In this document: positions 19,834 to 30,900 of the stretch, one piece after another
How the letters are laid out: each line of letters opens with the position of its first letter
How positions within the stretch are numbered: position 1 is the stretch's first letter
DNA from: an uncultured Acidobacteriota bacterium
GTDB lineage: Bacteria > Acidobacteriota > Thermoanaerobaculia > Multivoradales > JAHEKO01
DNA: 64,000 bases
Reading direction: 5' to 3'
NCBI GenBank assembly: GCA_963713825.1
Contig: CAVQNG010000025.1
Location: 736,001 to 800,000, forward strand
The notes under the pieces: model-generated
The model's database searches: none
Told to the model about the DNA's origin: nothing
Seen by the model: only the letters and a program-made list of their open reading frames with translations
Program-made: the position numbers and the translations under genes

Positions 19834-21303
19834 TCAGGATTCGGATCCGTCGAGGAACTGTCTGGCGAACTCGACGAACGTGTGAGCGTCGCTGAAATTG
19901 CTGACGATCCCCACCGAGATACGGACGGCACCGGTACTCTTGCCGTCGATGCACAGTCGGAAGTCGTCGTAGGTCATGCCTTGGTCCGAGCTCGTGAAGC
20001 AGGTGACGAGCTCCTGCTTGGAGAGTCCCAGCGCCATTTCGCCAGCGCCGGGATTGCAGAAGCAGCCCGTGCGCAATGAGATCATCTTGGCGCTGGCCTG
20101 CTCTTCGACGATGTCGTGGTCGATGACTCGGCCATTCGCATCGTAGAAGTTCAGGGTGATCGTGCCGCCGCGCTGCTCGGAGGCCCGCGGGCCAAAGATC
20201 TGAATCAGCGGCCGACCATTCTCGTGTCTCAGGGCGCCGAGGGACTCGATGAGCCAACTGGTCAGGCACGCGACCCGTAGGTGAATCTGATCCAGCCCGA
20301 CCTTTTCGAGGAAGTCGAGACCGATGTCGATGGCCGGGATGTTGGCGTAGTCCAGGGTGCCGTCTTCGAATGCGGCGGATCCAGCCGCCATGGTGTGACG
20401 GTCGGCTTGGACCGATGCCACCTCGATCGTACCGCCGGCGAACCAGGGCCGATGGAGCTTCTCGAGGGCTGGCCACCGCGCAATGAGTGCGCCGACACCG
20501 GTGGGGTAGCCAAACATCTTGTAGAACGACAGGGCAACATAGTCCGGATGGTAGCGATCCAGGTCGAGCCGGTTGGTCGGCACGAAGGCGGCGGCATCGA
20601 GGAGCACGTCCCAACCGTGATCCTGAGCCCTCTCGATCCACTCCAATGGATGTTGAACTCCGGAGAAGTTCGACTGGGCAGGAAAGGCGAAGAGGTTGTG
20701 GCCACCCTGCTTGGCGAGGCTCCAGGAGGAGTCCAACAGCGCTTCCGGTACCCGCATCTCCGGAGGAGCGACCGGAATATAGGTGGTCCTCGCCCCGTGG
20801 GCCCGGTCGAATTCGCGGATGCCGTTGACAGAGTTGTGATTGTCGAAGGTCAGGAGGAACTGGTCCCCGGGCTCGAAGGGATAGGACTCTCCGACCAGCT
20901 TCAGAGCGTGGCTCGCATTGGCGGTGAAGACGACGCCGTACTCACTGGGCGAAGCGTTGAAGAACTCGAGAATGTGCTGCCGCGTCTTCTCGACGAGCTC
21001 GGTCGTTCCGAGTGAGGTGGGATTCGTCGAGTGGGGATTGCCAAAGACCGTATCGCGCAGGAGGGCGGAATGGCGCTCGATCTGACGCTTGCCGTAGAGT
21101 CCACCGCCTGTGTAATCCAGGTAGACGTGGCCGTGGCGGTCGAGTCGCTCGAAATCCGTCTTGCGAAGCTCATCCAAAACGGCGGTCTCGCCGAAATCGG
21201 GACACGATTGCTGGAAGGCCTCGTAGGCCTGCTGGTGCTTCGAGGGCGAAGTGCCGGAGTCAGTCATGGTCGGGAAGAGTGGTGGGTTCGTGGCTGCGGG
21301 CAA
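19834..21303 (-). CDS. Class V PLP-dependent aminotransferase/cysteine desulfurase (Moco sulfurase N-domain-like); alternative start ATG 21267
   Basis: YLDYTGGGLY, GNPHS, LDAAA, SFYKMFGYPTG, RTGCFCNPG. Confidence 0.9.
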   Translation of the reverse strand: MPAATNPPLFPTMTDSGTSPSKHQQAYEAFQQSCPDFGETAVLDELRKTDFERLDRHGHVYLDYTGGGLYGKRQIERHSALLRDTVFGNPHSTNPTSLGTTELVEKTRQHILEFFNASPSEYGVVFTANASHALKLVGESYPFEPGDQFLLTFDNHNSVNGIREFDRAHGARTTYIPVAPPEMRVPEALLDSSWSLAKQGGHNLFAFPAQSNFSGVQHPLEWIERAQDHGWDVLLDAAAFVPTNRLDLDRYHPDYVALSFYKMFGYPTGVGALIARWPALEKLHRPWFAGGTIEVASVQADRHTMAAGSAAFEDGTLDYANIPAIDIGLDFLEKVGLDQIHLRVACLTSWLIESLGALRHENGRPLIQIFGPRASEQRGGTITLNFYDANGRVIDHDIVEEQASAKMISLRTGCFCNPGAGEMALGLSKQELVTCFTSSDQGMTYDDFRLCIDGKSTGAVRISVGIVSNFSDAHTFVEFARQFLDGSES

Positions 21304-21379
21304 AGGCTAGCGGATCCCGGCATCCTCGATCAAGCATATTGCGACTATAATTCCGCCACTCCGCACTTCTCTCCACGCC

Positions 21380-22615
21380 ATGACGACCTCGACGCAGACT
21401 CAGTCCCAGACCGGCGAGGCGAAGGGTGCCCTTGAGATCGCCGAATCTCAGGCGGCTTCGGGAAGGACGACACTGGACCCTGCAACGGTACCTCGCGAGC
21501 TGGGACGTGTGGAGGCGGTGGAGTCCGGACCGACGCTGATCTGTATCGGAGGCCTGCACGGTAACGAGCCGGCGGGGGTCCTGGCGATCGATCGGGTTCT
21601 CCAACAGATCTATCGACGGGAGGAAGGCCTCTGCGGGCGCATGGTGGGAATAGCCGGAAATCTCCGAGCGCTGGCGGCTGGCCGCCGCTACGTCGAGCAC
21701 GATCTCAACCGGGCCTGGCGACCAGGTCGGGTGGAGCAGCTACAAGCGCTGCCTGGACCTCTGGATGGCGAGGACCAGGAGTTGGTCGAGTTGAATGCGG
21801 TGTTGAGCGGAGTCCTCGACGAGGCGCCGGGCAGGATCTTCCTGCTGGATCTGCACACGATTTCGGGACCAGGACCGGCGTTCGCCATTCTCGACGACAC
21901 TTTGCAGAACAGAGAGGTGGCACTGGACTTTCCCGTACCTCTCGTCCTGGGCCTCGAGGAAGAGTTGAGCGGAACCTTGGCCAACTACATGACCGCACGG
22001 GGAGTTACGGTCGTTGGATTCGAAGCCGGCCTGCACGATGACCCGATGTCTGTGGATCGGGCGGCCGCTGCTATCTGGATTGCCCTGGACTCCTGTGGGA
22101 TCTTCGAGCACGAGAGCCGCTTGGAGGTAGCGGCGGCGAGAGATCTGCTGCAGCAGCAGAACGGGTGCCCAGCCCGGATCGTCGAGGTGCGATACCGACA
22201 CAGTGTCGAGGCTGGAGATAGCTTCGAGATGGACCCCGGGTTCAGCAGCTTTCAGCCGATCGAGGCCGGGCAGGAAATAGGCACCGCCAGCCGGGGTCGA
22301 GTCGAGGCCCCCCGTTCGGGCCTGCTCCTCATGCCGCTCTACCAGGATCAGGGGAATGACGGGTTCTTCTTGGTGAACGAAGTCCGGCCTGCCTGGCTAC
22401 CATTCTCGGCCGCTGTGCGGCGAGTGGGAGTGGAGCGTTTTCTGCATCTGCTGCCGGGTGTCGAGCGCCATCCAAACCGGCGGCAGACCTTCATCGTGGA
22501 TCGTCGCTACGCTCGCTGGATGGCGCCACAGCTCTTCCATCTGCTGGGATTCCGTCAGGAAGGCAAAGACGGTCCGTGCTTGACCATGACCCGGCGCCGT
22601 GACCAGCTGCGCTGA
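21380..22615 (+). CDS. Succinylglutamate desuccinylase/aspartoacylase (M14) family protein
   Basis: GLHGNE, DLNR, LDLHT, FEAG. Confidence 0.88.
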   Translation: MTTSTQTQSQTGEAKGALEIAESQAASGRTTLDPATVPRELGRVEAVESGPTLICIGGLHGNEPAGVLAIDRVLQQIYRREEGLCGRMVGIAGNLRALAAGRRYVEHDLNRAWRPGRVEQLQALPGPLDGEDQELVELNAVLSGVLDEAPGRIFLLDLHTISGPGPAFAILDDTLQNREVALDFPVPLVLGLEEELSGTLANYMTARGVTVVGFEAGLHDDPMSVDRAAAAIWIALDSCGIFEHESRLEVAAARDLLQQQNGCPARIVEVRYRHSVEAGDSFEMDPGFSSFQPIEAGQEIGTASRGRVEAPRSGLLLMPLYQDQGNDGFFLVNEVRPAWLPFSAAVRRVGVERFLHLLPGVERHPNRRQTFIVDRRYARWMAPQLFHLLGFRQEGKDGPCLTMTRRRDQLR

Positions 22616-22650
22616 CGAGAACCACAGGGTCCGGTGCTAGACTTCTCGCC

Positions 22651-24405
22651 GTGACCATGCCTGCTGCTGCAGTCCGCGGCGCGGACGTCATCCAACACTC
22701 GTTCGACGAATTCCAGACCCGATTCAGGGCCGTTACGAGGCGTGCCATGGAGCGCTTCGAGAACCGCGACTGGGACGGCATTCGTCGGGATACGGTCAAG
22801 AGACTCGGCCTCCAGCCGCAGGCCGTCGGGGAGACGTTCGAGGCGCTGCAGGATCAAATCGGGGAGAAGATCTCCGACCGGGAGCTGTGGCCGGCGATGA
22901 AAGAGGCCTACTCGCTGGCCATTCTCGGACGCAACGATTTCGAAGTCGCCCAGACGTTCTTCAACTCCCTGACCCGGCGGGTCTTTCCACACGTCGGAGT
23001 CGACCCCAGCATCGACTTCATATCCGACGATTTTCCCCTCCCCTACAGGGGTTGGGAGATGGCCAGCACGCGGCTCTATGCCGTTCGACAGGTCGATTCT
23101 GGAGTCGTTCGAAGAGTTCTGGAAGACGCCGCTTTTCGCGTTGCATTCTCCGATCTTCATGGCGATGCCACGTTGGCTGCCGACCGTCTGCGGCGAGACA
23201 TTGTCCTCGCTTTCGGCTCGGAGAAAATCGAGGCCCTGGACATTCTTCGACCCGTGTTCATTCGCAACAAGGCCGCCTACATCATCGGCCGGGTGCGGCG
23301 GGGTGAGCGGATCCTGCCGCTGGTGATTGCCATCTTGAATCGTCCGGGAGGCTTGCGGGTCGATGCCGTTCTGACCAGTGAGGAGGACGTCAGTATCGCT
23401 TTCAGCTTCGCCCGCTGGTACTTCCATGCGGACATCGCCAGCCCACGTCAGGTGATCGGATTTCTGCACTCGATCCTGCCGCGCAAGCGAATCGGTGAGC
23501 TCTATCTGTCCCTGGGCTACAACAAGCATGGCAAGACCGAGTTCTACCGCGACCTGATGAAGGACATCGACGCCTCGCAAGAGCGTTTTGTCGTCGCCCC
23601 CGGCCAGCCAGGGCTCGTCATGTCGGTCTTCACGCTGCCCTCGTTTCCATTCGTCTTCAAAGTGATCAAGGACTTCTTCCCGCCCTCGAAGCAGGTGACC
23701 CGTGAGGAAGTCATCCAGAAGTACCGCGATGTCATGCTTCATGATCGAGTGGGGCGCCTGGTGGATTTCCAGGAGTTCGAGCACCTGACCTTCCGCCAGG
23801 AGAGGTTCTCCGAGGAGCTGCTCGAAGAGCTCTTGAGGGTCGCTTCCCAAACGGTCTCACTCCAGGGTGGAGAGGTGGTGATTCGCCACCTCTATATCGG
23901 CCGTCGCGTGACGCCCCTGGATATCTTCGTGAACGAGGCCTCGCCAGAGGAATCGCGAGCCGCGGTCATCGACTGGGGAGTGACGCTCAAGGACCTGGCA
24001 GCGGCCAACGTCTTCGCCGGCGATATGTTGCTGAAGAACTTCGGGGTGACGCGCCACAATCGGGTCGTCTTCTACGACTACGATGAGATCTGTGCGCTGT
24101 CCGCTTGTCGATTCCGGAAGATTCCTCCGCCACGAAACGACTTCGAGGCGATGGCTCCGGAGCCATGGTTCTCCGTCGCCGATGAGGACGTCTTCCCCGA
24201 AGAGATGAAGAGCTTCCTCGGACTGCGGGGTGAGTTGGAGGGTGTGTTCATGGAGCACCACTCCGATCTGTTCGAGGCTGAGTACTGGCGTCGAACCCAG
24301 GAGAGAATCGTTCAGGGAGAGATCATCGACATCTACCCCTATTCTACGGACCGACGACTGAGGGCCGATCCGCAGGCACCGGGCTCGGGTGCCAGCTGGG
24401 GGTAG
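22651..24405 (+). CDS. aceK: Isocitrate dehydrogenase kinase/phosphatase
   Basis: AQTFFNS, RNKAAY, KHGKTEFYR, HDRVGR, GDMLLKNFGVTRH, RVVFYDYDE. Confidence 0.95.
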   Translation: MTMPAAAVRGADVIQHSFDEFQTRFRAVTRRAMERFENRDWDGIRRDTVKRLGLQPQAVGETFEALQDQIGEKISDRELWPAMKEAYSLAILGRNDFEVAQTFFNSLTRRVFPHVGVDPSIDFISDDFPLPYRGWEMASTRLYAVRQVDSGVVRRVLEDAAFRVAFSDLHGDATLAADRLRRDIVLAFGSEKIEALDILRPVFIRNKAAYIIGRVRRGERILPLVIAILNRPGGLRVDAVLTSEEDVSIAFSFARWYFHADIASPRQVIGFLHSILPRKRIGELYLSLGYNKHGKTEFYRDLMKDIDASQERFVVAPGQPGLVMSVFTLPSFPFVFKVIKDFFPPSKQVTREEVIQKYRDVMLHDRVGRLVDFQEFEHLTFRQERFSEELLEELLRVASQTVSLQGGEVVIRHLYIGRRVTPLDIFVNEASPEESRAAVIDWGVTLKDLAAANVFAGDMLLKNFGVTRHNRVVFYDYDEICALSACRFRKIPPPRNDFEAMAPEPWFSVADEDVFPEEMKSFLGLRGELEGVFMEHHSDLFEAEYWRRTQERIVQGEIIDIYPYSTDRRLRADPQAPGSGASWG

Positions 24406-24424
24406 AGCAGGGTCGACGCGAGCC

Positions 24425-25537
24425 CTAAGTCTTCTCGCCGTACTGGTCCGTCATCCATTCCCGGTAGGTCTCGTCCATCACCGAGCGCCACCACGGTTCG
24501 TTGTCCACAAACCAGAGGACCGTCGAATCCAGGCCCTTGGCAAAGGCGATGGTCGAGCCGAAGCCGAGCTCGCCTTCGAGCCGACTCGAATCGATCGCGT
24601 ACCGACGATCATGCCCGGGTCGGTCGGTCACGAACTCGATGACCGACTCGCAAGAGCGACCCTGGGACGGCGGGGCCTCGGGATATCGATCGGCAAGCTC
24701 GGGTCTCTCCGCGAACAGCTTGTCAACAGAGCGGCAGAGCAGATGGACCAGGTCGAGGTTCGTCTGTTCGTTGCGACTGCCGATGTTGTAGATCTCTCCA
24801 ACACCGCCCCGTTCGAGGATCAATTCGATGCCGCGGCAATGATCGTCGACGTGGAGCCAATCCCGGACATTCTCACCGTCGCCGTAGACAGGGAGTGCCT
24901 TGCCGACCAACAGATTGACGATACACAGGGGAATGAGCTTCTCAGGGAACTGATAGGGACCATAGTTGTTGGAGCAATTGCTGATGCTGGTTGGCAGGCC
25001 ATAGGTGTGCTGATAGGCCCGGACCAGGTGGTCGGAGGCCGCTTTGCTGGCCGCGTAGGGCGAGTTCGGAGAATAGGGGGTCGTCTCGGTAAAGGCTGCT
25101 TCCGAAGGGCCGAGTGATCCGTACACCTCGTCGGTGGAGACGTGATGGAAGCGGGGGCTCTCGAAATCTCGATCAGGACCTTCCAGCCAGACCCGACGGG
25201 CTGCCTTCAGGAGGCTATGGGTGCCGTTGATATTGACATCGACGAAGATGTCGGGCCCGGAGATGGAACGATCGACATGCGACTCCGCGGCCAGATGAAC
25301 GATGGTGTCGAGAGATTCCGTTCGCAGCAGCTCTTCGACCCGTTTCTGGTCCCGGATGTCGCCGTGCACGAATCGGTAGCCTGGGTGAGCAGTCGCTGCC
25401 TCCAGGTTGGCCAGGTTGCCGGCGTAGGTCAGCGAATCGAGAACGACCAGTCGATCGTCCGGGTGCTGCCGGATCCAGTAGTGAATGAAGTTCGAGCCGA
25501 TGAACCCGGCACCGCCGGTCACCAGGAGTCTAGGCAT
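24425..25537 (-). CDS. rfbB: dTDP-glucose 4,6-dehydratase
   Basis: LVTGGAGFIGS, AAESHVDRS, STDEVYG, YAASK, DRPGHDRRY. Confidence 0.96.
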   Translation of the reverse strand: MPRLLVTGGAGFIGSNFIHYWIRQHPDDRLVVLDSLTYAGNLANLEAATAHPGYRFVHGDIRDQKRVEELLRTESLDTIVHLAAESHVDRSISGPDIFVDVNINGTHSLLKAARRVWLEGPDRDFESPRFHHVSTDEVYGSLGPSEAAFTETTPYSPNSPYAASKAASDHLVRAYQHTYGLPTSISNCSNNYGPYQFPEKLIPLCIVNLLVGKALPVYGDGENVRDWLHVDDHCRGIELILERGGVGEIYNIGSRNEQTNLDLVHLLCRSVDKLFAERPELADRYPEAPPSQGRSCESVIEFVTDRPGHDRRYAIDSSRLEGELGFGSTIAFAKGLDSTVLWFVDNEPWWRSVMDETYREWMTDQYGEKT

Positions 25538-26408
25538 GGTCAGGTTCTCCCAACTCGGCCAACATCGAGCGCAGAGCGATCCGCCAATGTGGTGGCCGGA
25601 TCGCGAGCTGAGTCCAGGTCGCAGTCTTGTCCAGCACGCTGTACTGGGGACGTCTTGCCGGCGTTGGATAGTCGCGGGTGGCGATGGGTCGAATTTCGAC
25701 GGGCCGGTCGAGGAGGTGACAGGAAAGTGCTTCTTCCTGGATTGCGACGGCGAAATCGTACCAGGAGGCGACCCCGGCATCCGTCCAGTGATGCAGGCCC
25801 CGCAGGTCGCTCGAAGCTGCAGCCTGCCATATCGCTACGGCCAGTCCCTTCGCCCATGTTGGCGTGCCGATCTGATCGGCGACAATCTCGAGATCTTGTC
25901 GGCCGTTCAGCCGCTTCAGCAGCGCTGTCACGAAGTTGCTCCCGAAGCTGGAATAGAGCCAGGCCGTGCGCAGGATCAGGGCGGCACCGTTCGTAGCCTC
26001 GAGCACGTACTCCTCTCCACGTCGCTTGCTGGAGCCATACACATTCTGCGGATTCGGCGTGTCCAGCGGCTGATACGGGCGGCTTTGCGCGCCATCGAAG
26101 ACGAAGTCGGTGGAGATATGAAGGACCCGAGAACCGTGCCTGACCGCGGCTCGGCCGACGTTTCGGGCGCCCTCGGCGTTGACCTGGAAGGCGAGGTCAC
26201 GCTCTTGCTCGGCGCGGTCTACTGCGGTGTACGCGGCGGCGTTGACAATCAGGTCCGGCTCGAGCTCGGCGACCTTTCGGTCCACACTTTCGACGTCGGT
26301 GATGTCGAGATCGCTTTGCCTGCAGCCAGTCAGCTCGAAGGTGGCCGGCGCAGTCCGCAAGATCTCGCACCCCAACTGCCCGTCGGCGCCGGTGAGGAGA
26401 ACCTTCAA
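25530..26408 (-). CDS. rfbD: dTDP-4-dehydrorhamnose reductase
   Basis: LTGADGQLG, AAYTAVD, STDFVFDG, YGSSK, DQIGTPT; TTG start overlaps the rfbC stop. Confidence 0.94.
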   Translation of the reverse strand: MKVLLTGADGQLGCEILRTAPATFELTGCRQSDLDITDVESVDRKVAELEPDLIVNAAAYTAVDRAEQERDLAFQVNAEGARNVGRAAVRHGSRVLHISTDFVFDGAQSRPYQPLDTPNPQNVYGSSKRRGEEYVLEATNGAALILRTAWLYSSFGSNFVTALLKRLNGRQDLEIVADQIGTPTWAKGLAVAIWQAAASSDLRGLHHWTDAGVASWYDFAVAIQEEALSCHLLDRPVEIRPIATRDYPTPARRPQYSVLDKTATWTQLAIRPPHWRIALRSMLAELGEPDHA

Positions 26409-26965
26409 GGGAAGCACTCCGCGGCCTGGAACCGGACGCCAGCGGCATCCTTGGCAGAGACCTTCGGCGGCAGGTTCGAAGTCAAGGGCCAGTCGATCGC
26501 GAGATCGGGGTCGTTCCAGATCACGGTGCGCTCGGCTCCAGGCGAGTAGAAGTCGGTGCATTTGTAGAGCACTTCTGCCTCTTCGCTGACGACGTAGAAG
26601 CCGTGCGCGAAGCCGGGCGGCACCCAGAGCATCTCTCTGTTCGTAGCACTCAGGGTCGCTCCGACCCACTGTCCGAAGGAAGAGGAGCTCCGTCGCAGGT
26701 CGACGGCGACATCATAGATTTCCCCGACCACCGCTCTGACGAGTTTTCCCTGCGCCCGGTCGATCTGGTAGTGAAGTCCGCGCAGGCACCCAGCTGTGGA
26801 CTGGGAGTGGTTGTCCTGAACAAATCGTGCCTCCAACCCTTCCTGGGAGAAAGTCTGGGCGTTCCAGCTCTCGAAGAAAAAGCCTCGTTCATCTTCGATC
26901 AGCCGAGGACGAATGCGTAGGACGTCTGGGATCGCCGTCGCCATGACCTCGGGAGCCAGGCTCAT
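26405..26965 (-). CDS. rfbC: dTDP-4-dehydrorhamnose 3,5-epimerase
   Basis: DERGFF, QDNHS, LRGLHYQ, GFAHGF. Confidence 0.96.
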   Translation of the reverse strand: MSLAPEVMATAIPDVLRIRPRLIEDERGFFFESWNAQTFSQEGLEARFVQDNHSQSTAGCLRGLHYQIDRAQGKLVRAVVGEIYDVAVDLRRSSSSFGQWVGATLSATNREMLWVPPGFAHGFYVVSEEAEVLYKCTDFYSPGAERTVIWNDPDLAIDWPLTSNLPPKVSAKDAAGVRFQAAECFP

Positions 26966-27873
26966 CGGTCTTCTCTCAGGGCTGCCAGCAGATAGGTCGC
27001 GTAGCCGCTCTCACCAAATCCAGCCGCCAGCTGGTCCAGGTCGGAAGCCGTGATGAAACCCATTCGGAAGGCGATCTCCTCGGGGCAGGCGATCTTCAGG
27101 CCTTGGCGCTTCTCGATCACTCTCACGAAGACGGCCGCGTCCAACAGGGAGTCGTGAGTTCCGGTATCGAGCCAGGCCGTTCCACGCCCGAGAATCTCTA
27201 CAGCGAGCTGACCGCGCTCGAGATAGGCTCGGTTGACGTCGGTGATCTCGAGCTCGCCGCGCGCCGACGGTTGTAGTGCCTTGGCAATTTCGACCACCTG
27301 ATGGTCGTAGAAGTACAGGCCCGTTACCGCGTAATGGGACATGGGGCTGGCGGGTTTCTCGACGATGTCGAGAGCCTTCCCATCGGCGTCGAAGCTGACG
27401 ACACCGTAGCGCTCGGGATCCGTAACGTAGTAGCCGAAGACGGTAGCGCCTTGCGTACGACTCGCTGCAACCATGAGCTTGTCTGCCAGTCCTTCGGCGT
27501 AGAAGATGTTGTCGCCGAGAATCAACGTGACCGGATCGCCGGCGATGAACTTCTCGCCAATGAGGAAGGCTTGCGCGATGCCCTTTGGCTCCTCTTGAAC
27601 GGCATAGTCGAGTGAGATGCCCCACTGCGAGCCGTCGCCCAGAAAAGACTCGAAGGCAGGCTGATCACGGGGTGTCGTAATGACCAGGATGCTCCGGATA
27701 CCCGCCAACATCAGGGTGGACAGCGGATAGTGGATCATCGGCTTGTCGTAGACCGGCATGAGCTGTTTGCTGACTCCGTGGGTCAGTGGCAGGAGTCGCT
27801 TGCCGGCCCCTCCGGCCAGGATGATGCCTTTGTGAATGTTCCCAGACGAGTCTGGTCTCGGATTGTCTGCCAT
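26962..27873 (-). CDS. rfbA: Glucose-1-phosphate thymidylyltransferase
   Basis: [39 protein letters not shown]; start uncertain (27873 or 27924). Confidence 0.96.
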   Translation of the reverse strand: MADNPRPDSSGNIHKGIILAGGAGKRLLPLTHGVSKQLMPVYDKPMIHYPLSTLMLAGIRSILVITTPRDQPAFESFLGDGSQWGISLDYAVQEEPKGIAQAFLIGEKFIAGDPVTLILGDNIFYAEGLADKLMVAASRTQGATVFGYYVTDPERYGVVSFDADGKALDIVEKPASPMSHYAVTGLYFYDHQVVEIAKALQPSARGELEITDVNRAYLERGQLAVEILGRGTAWLDTGTHDSLLDAAVFVRVIEKRQGLKIACPEEIAFRMGFITASDLDQLAAGFGESGYATYLLAALREDR

Positions 27874-27907
27874 GACCTTCAGGCTCCTCGCAACAGCCGG
27901 TTCGAAT

Positions 27908-30900
27908 TCAGTGCTTGACCCCACGGCTCCAGTGGTTGCCCCAGTATAGGGCTAGAGGCCTCAGCAGGGGAAAGAACAGCTCGGCTGCCGAGCGTACGCG
28001 TCGTTGCCGCAAGCCCCGACCGAGGTCTGCATAGATCCCAGGCTGCATCATGTCTTTGGTCATGTCGAGCAGGGAGTAGTTCTCGCCCAGAAAGCTCCAC
28101 CCGAAACCTTCGCTCTGGCAGCGTCTGACGAGTGCGCCGAGGTCGTAGTCATGGCTGTGGAAGACGACGGCATCCTCCTGGTAGAAAATCGACGCGCCCC
28201 GCTCGACGGCACGGCGCTGCCACAACTTGTCCTCCATGATGGGTGCCTGGCCGAAGGGGATCTCTTCCCAAGCATCGCGTCGAATTGCCGCGTTGACGGT
28301 TGAGAAACCGATGCCGAAGAACCGCGCGATCCAGCGCTCGGACTCGCGGGTGAAGTAGAAACGCTCACCGCAGGAGTCCCAGTAGAACCGGTCAGCGGTC
28401 TCTGGTAGCTCCTGAATCGCACCTTGAACGGCCGCGTACTCGGGGCCTGCAAGGAGCGGCTCGGTCAGTGAGCTCAGCCAGTCTTCGGTCGCTGGAATGG
28501 CATCTTGGTTCAAGAAGACCAGGACGTCGCCGTTCGCAGATCGGGCACCCAGGTCCCTCGTCAGCCCATGGTCGAACTCCGACTTTCGAATCGAGATCAC
28601 CTGGGCCCCGAATTGCTCCATCGTCGCGACGTCCTTCGCTGACGAGCCTGAGTCGACGCAGATCAGCTCGACAGATCTCGCTGTTTGCTGGTGCGAGATG
28701 GCGGCCAGGCAATTGTGGAGCCGCTCCCCGCCGTTGTACGTCGGGATTACCACCGAGATGTCTACTGGCTGCCTGCCGTGCTTGGCGGTCGAGGGTTCGA
28801 CGACGGGCCGATTCGGAGAGCCTGCGTCTCCGATCTCGCGCGCCCCGATGCTCAACGCATGGTCGGCCGCACTCCGCAGGAGCTCTTCGTACCCGGCCAG
28901 CTGAAGGGCCGCACTCGCCTCCCAGGTGTAACTTTCTTCGACCAGGCGGCGGCAGTTCAGGGACAGGGTCGCGACGAGATCGTCGTTGTCGAGGGTCGAG
29001 ATCGCTGCCCGGGCGAAATCGGCGGGCTCGTCCGCGATCAGCAGATGCTGCTCGTGGCGGCATTCGATGCCCTCGGCTCCCAGGCGGGTGGAGATCACCG
29101 GTGCACCGCAAGCGAAGGCCTCGAGAATCTTCAGGCGGGTGCCGGACCCGGCGCGTATCGGCGCCACGAGTGCACGATGGTGTCGGTAGTACGGTGCGAG
29201 CTCGGGGACCTCGCCGACGACATCGACTCCTTCCAGCTCGCCGAACCGGTAGAGAGAGTCAGGCGCATTGGCGCCGACCACCGAGATCTCCGTTCCAGGC
29301 CGGGCGCGCAGGATCTCCGGCCAGATTGCAGCGAAGAAGTGCTCGATCGCGTCCAGGTTCGGTAGATGCTCGAAGTTGCCCACAAACAGCAGGCGCTGGT
29401 TGCGCTCGCTGATCGGTGAGGGTCGGTAGGCGTCGGTGTCTACGGCGTTGGGCACGACCCGCAGCCGCCGATGGCCATCGGGAAGATAGGCCGCCAGATA
29501 CTCGGCGTCTTCGGCGGACATCATCTGGACCTGGTCGGCTCTTCTCACCACTTGGAGCTCGTATCGGACCTGCCGCATCCAATCGCCGAAGGAGTGACCG
29601 AAGGCCCGCGAAGCGGCGAATCGCTCGTGAAACCCTTTGCGTCGGCGGCGTCCGAGCGAGCGGAAAGCGATATCGATCTCGCTCACGGCTACCTTGACGC
29701 GACTGAACTCGGGCAGGCCGTACTGACCGAGCTCCGTGTACTCGAGTTGCAGGATGTCGATCTTTTCCTCGGACAGAATCTGGGCGATCCGTCGGGCCAG
29801 CTCGTCAGAGTGGAAGAGTCGCTGACTCGGAGCATCTAGGCCGAGGCGGTCGCGGCTGAAGTCGGGCTCCCAGTGATGGAGGTGGACCTTCTTGGCGAAG
29901 GGCTCGAGGGCCTGCTGTTGGGCCACATCGTCGTCCTCCCGGGTGAAGACGATCAGGTGGAGGTCGCAGTGCTCGGCAAGGCGTCGAATCAGATTGAACA
30001 GCCGGACCGCGCCTCCATGGCTCGGTGGGTAGATGGAGTAGGGGCTAACCATGAGCACCCTTGGGCGGCGCTCCGAAGTCCGATTCGCTAGACCGCCGCG
30101 ACCTGGATCGAGCAGGGCCTCGCCTGCGGGTCTTCCTCTTCCGCGCCTGATTCTGGCGGCGACTTGCTCGCTAGAGGTCGAGAACAGCAAGAGCAGCCAT
30201 CCGAAGCTCTTGCTGGTGATCGACAGGGCTTTGCGAAGGACTCTGAGCGGCGCCTCGAACGCCCACCGAGTAGCGCGCCTGATGCCTTGCAGTCCACTTC
30301 GCGCGGCTTCCTTGGGAGACTGTCGAAGACCCGCTGCTACTCGTATTGCGGCGGTTCTGAGGCCGAGGTAGCCGGCCCACGAAGCGAGCAGGGAGCGCCC
30401 CACCTTGGAGCCCTGCAGGTCGTCCAGGTCGGTCTTGGCGCTCTGCCACTGCTCATAGAGCCAGTATTTGTCTTGCAGGGTCTTCTCGTGCTCGTCTCGC
30501 GCTGCCGCCAGAGTGCGCTCCAGCCGACTCTTCTCGTGGTCGAGGAGCTCGGCGGATTGAGCGGACCGTTCGCGAAGCGCTTCCTTTCGTTCGACCCGCT
30601 CGGCAAGCTCGAGAGTCTGTTTTTCGTATTCTCTGGTCTGCTGCTCCAGAGCTTCGATGCGCTCACGGTTGTTCTTGTGATCCTCGGCAGCCAGCTTCTT
30701 CAACTGCTCTTGCTGTTCGGCGAGAGTCTGGTTGGTCGCGACGAGATCTCGATTGGTTGCTTGCAGCTCGCCAATGGTCTCTGCCTGCTCTCTCACTCGA
30801 TCGTCGAACTCGTCGAGTAAGCCTCCTACTCTCTCGATCTCGGCTTCGTAGGTTGCCTTGTCCGCGGCGTGGGATTGCTCCAGCAGCTCGTTGTGCTTGT

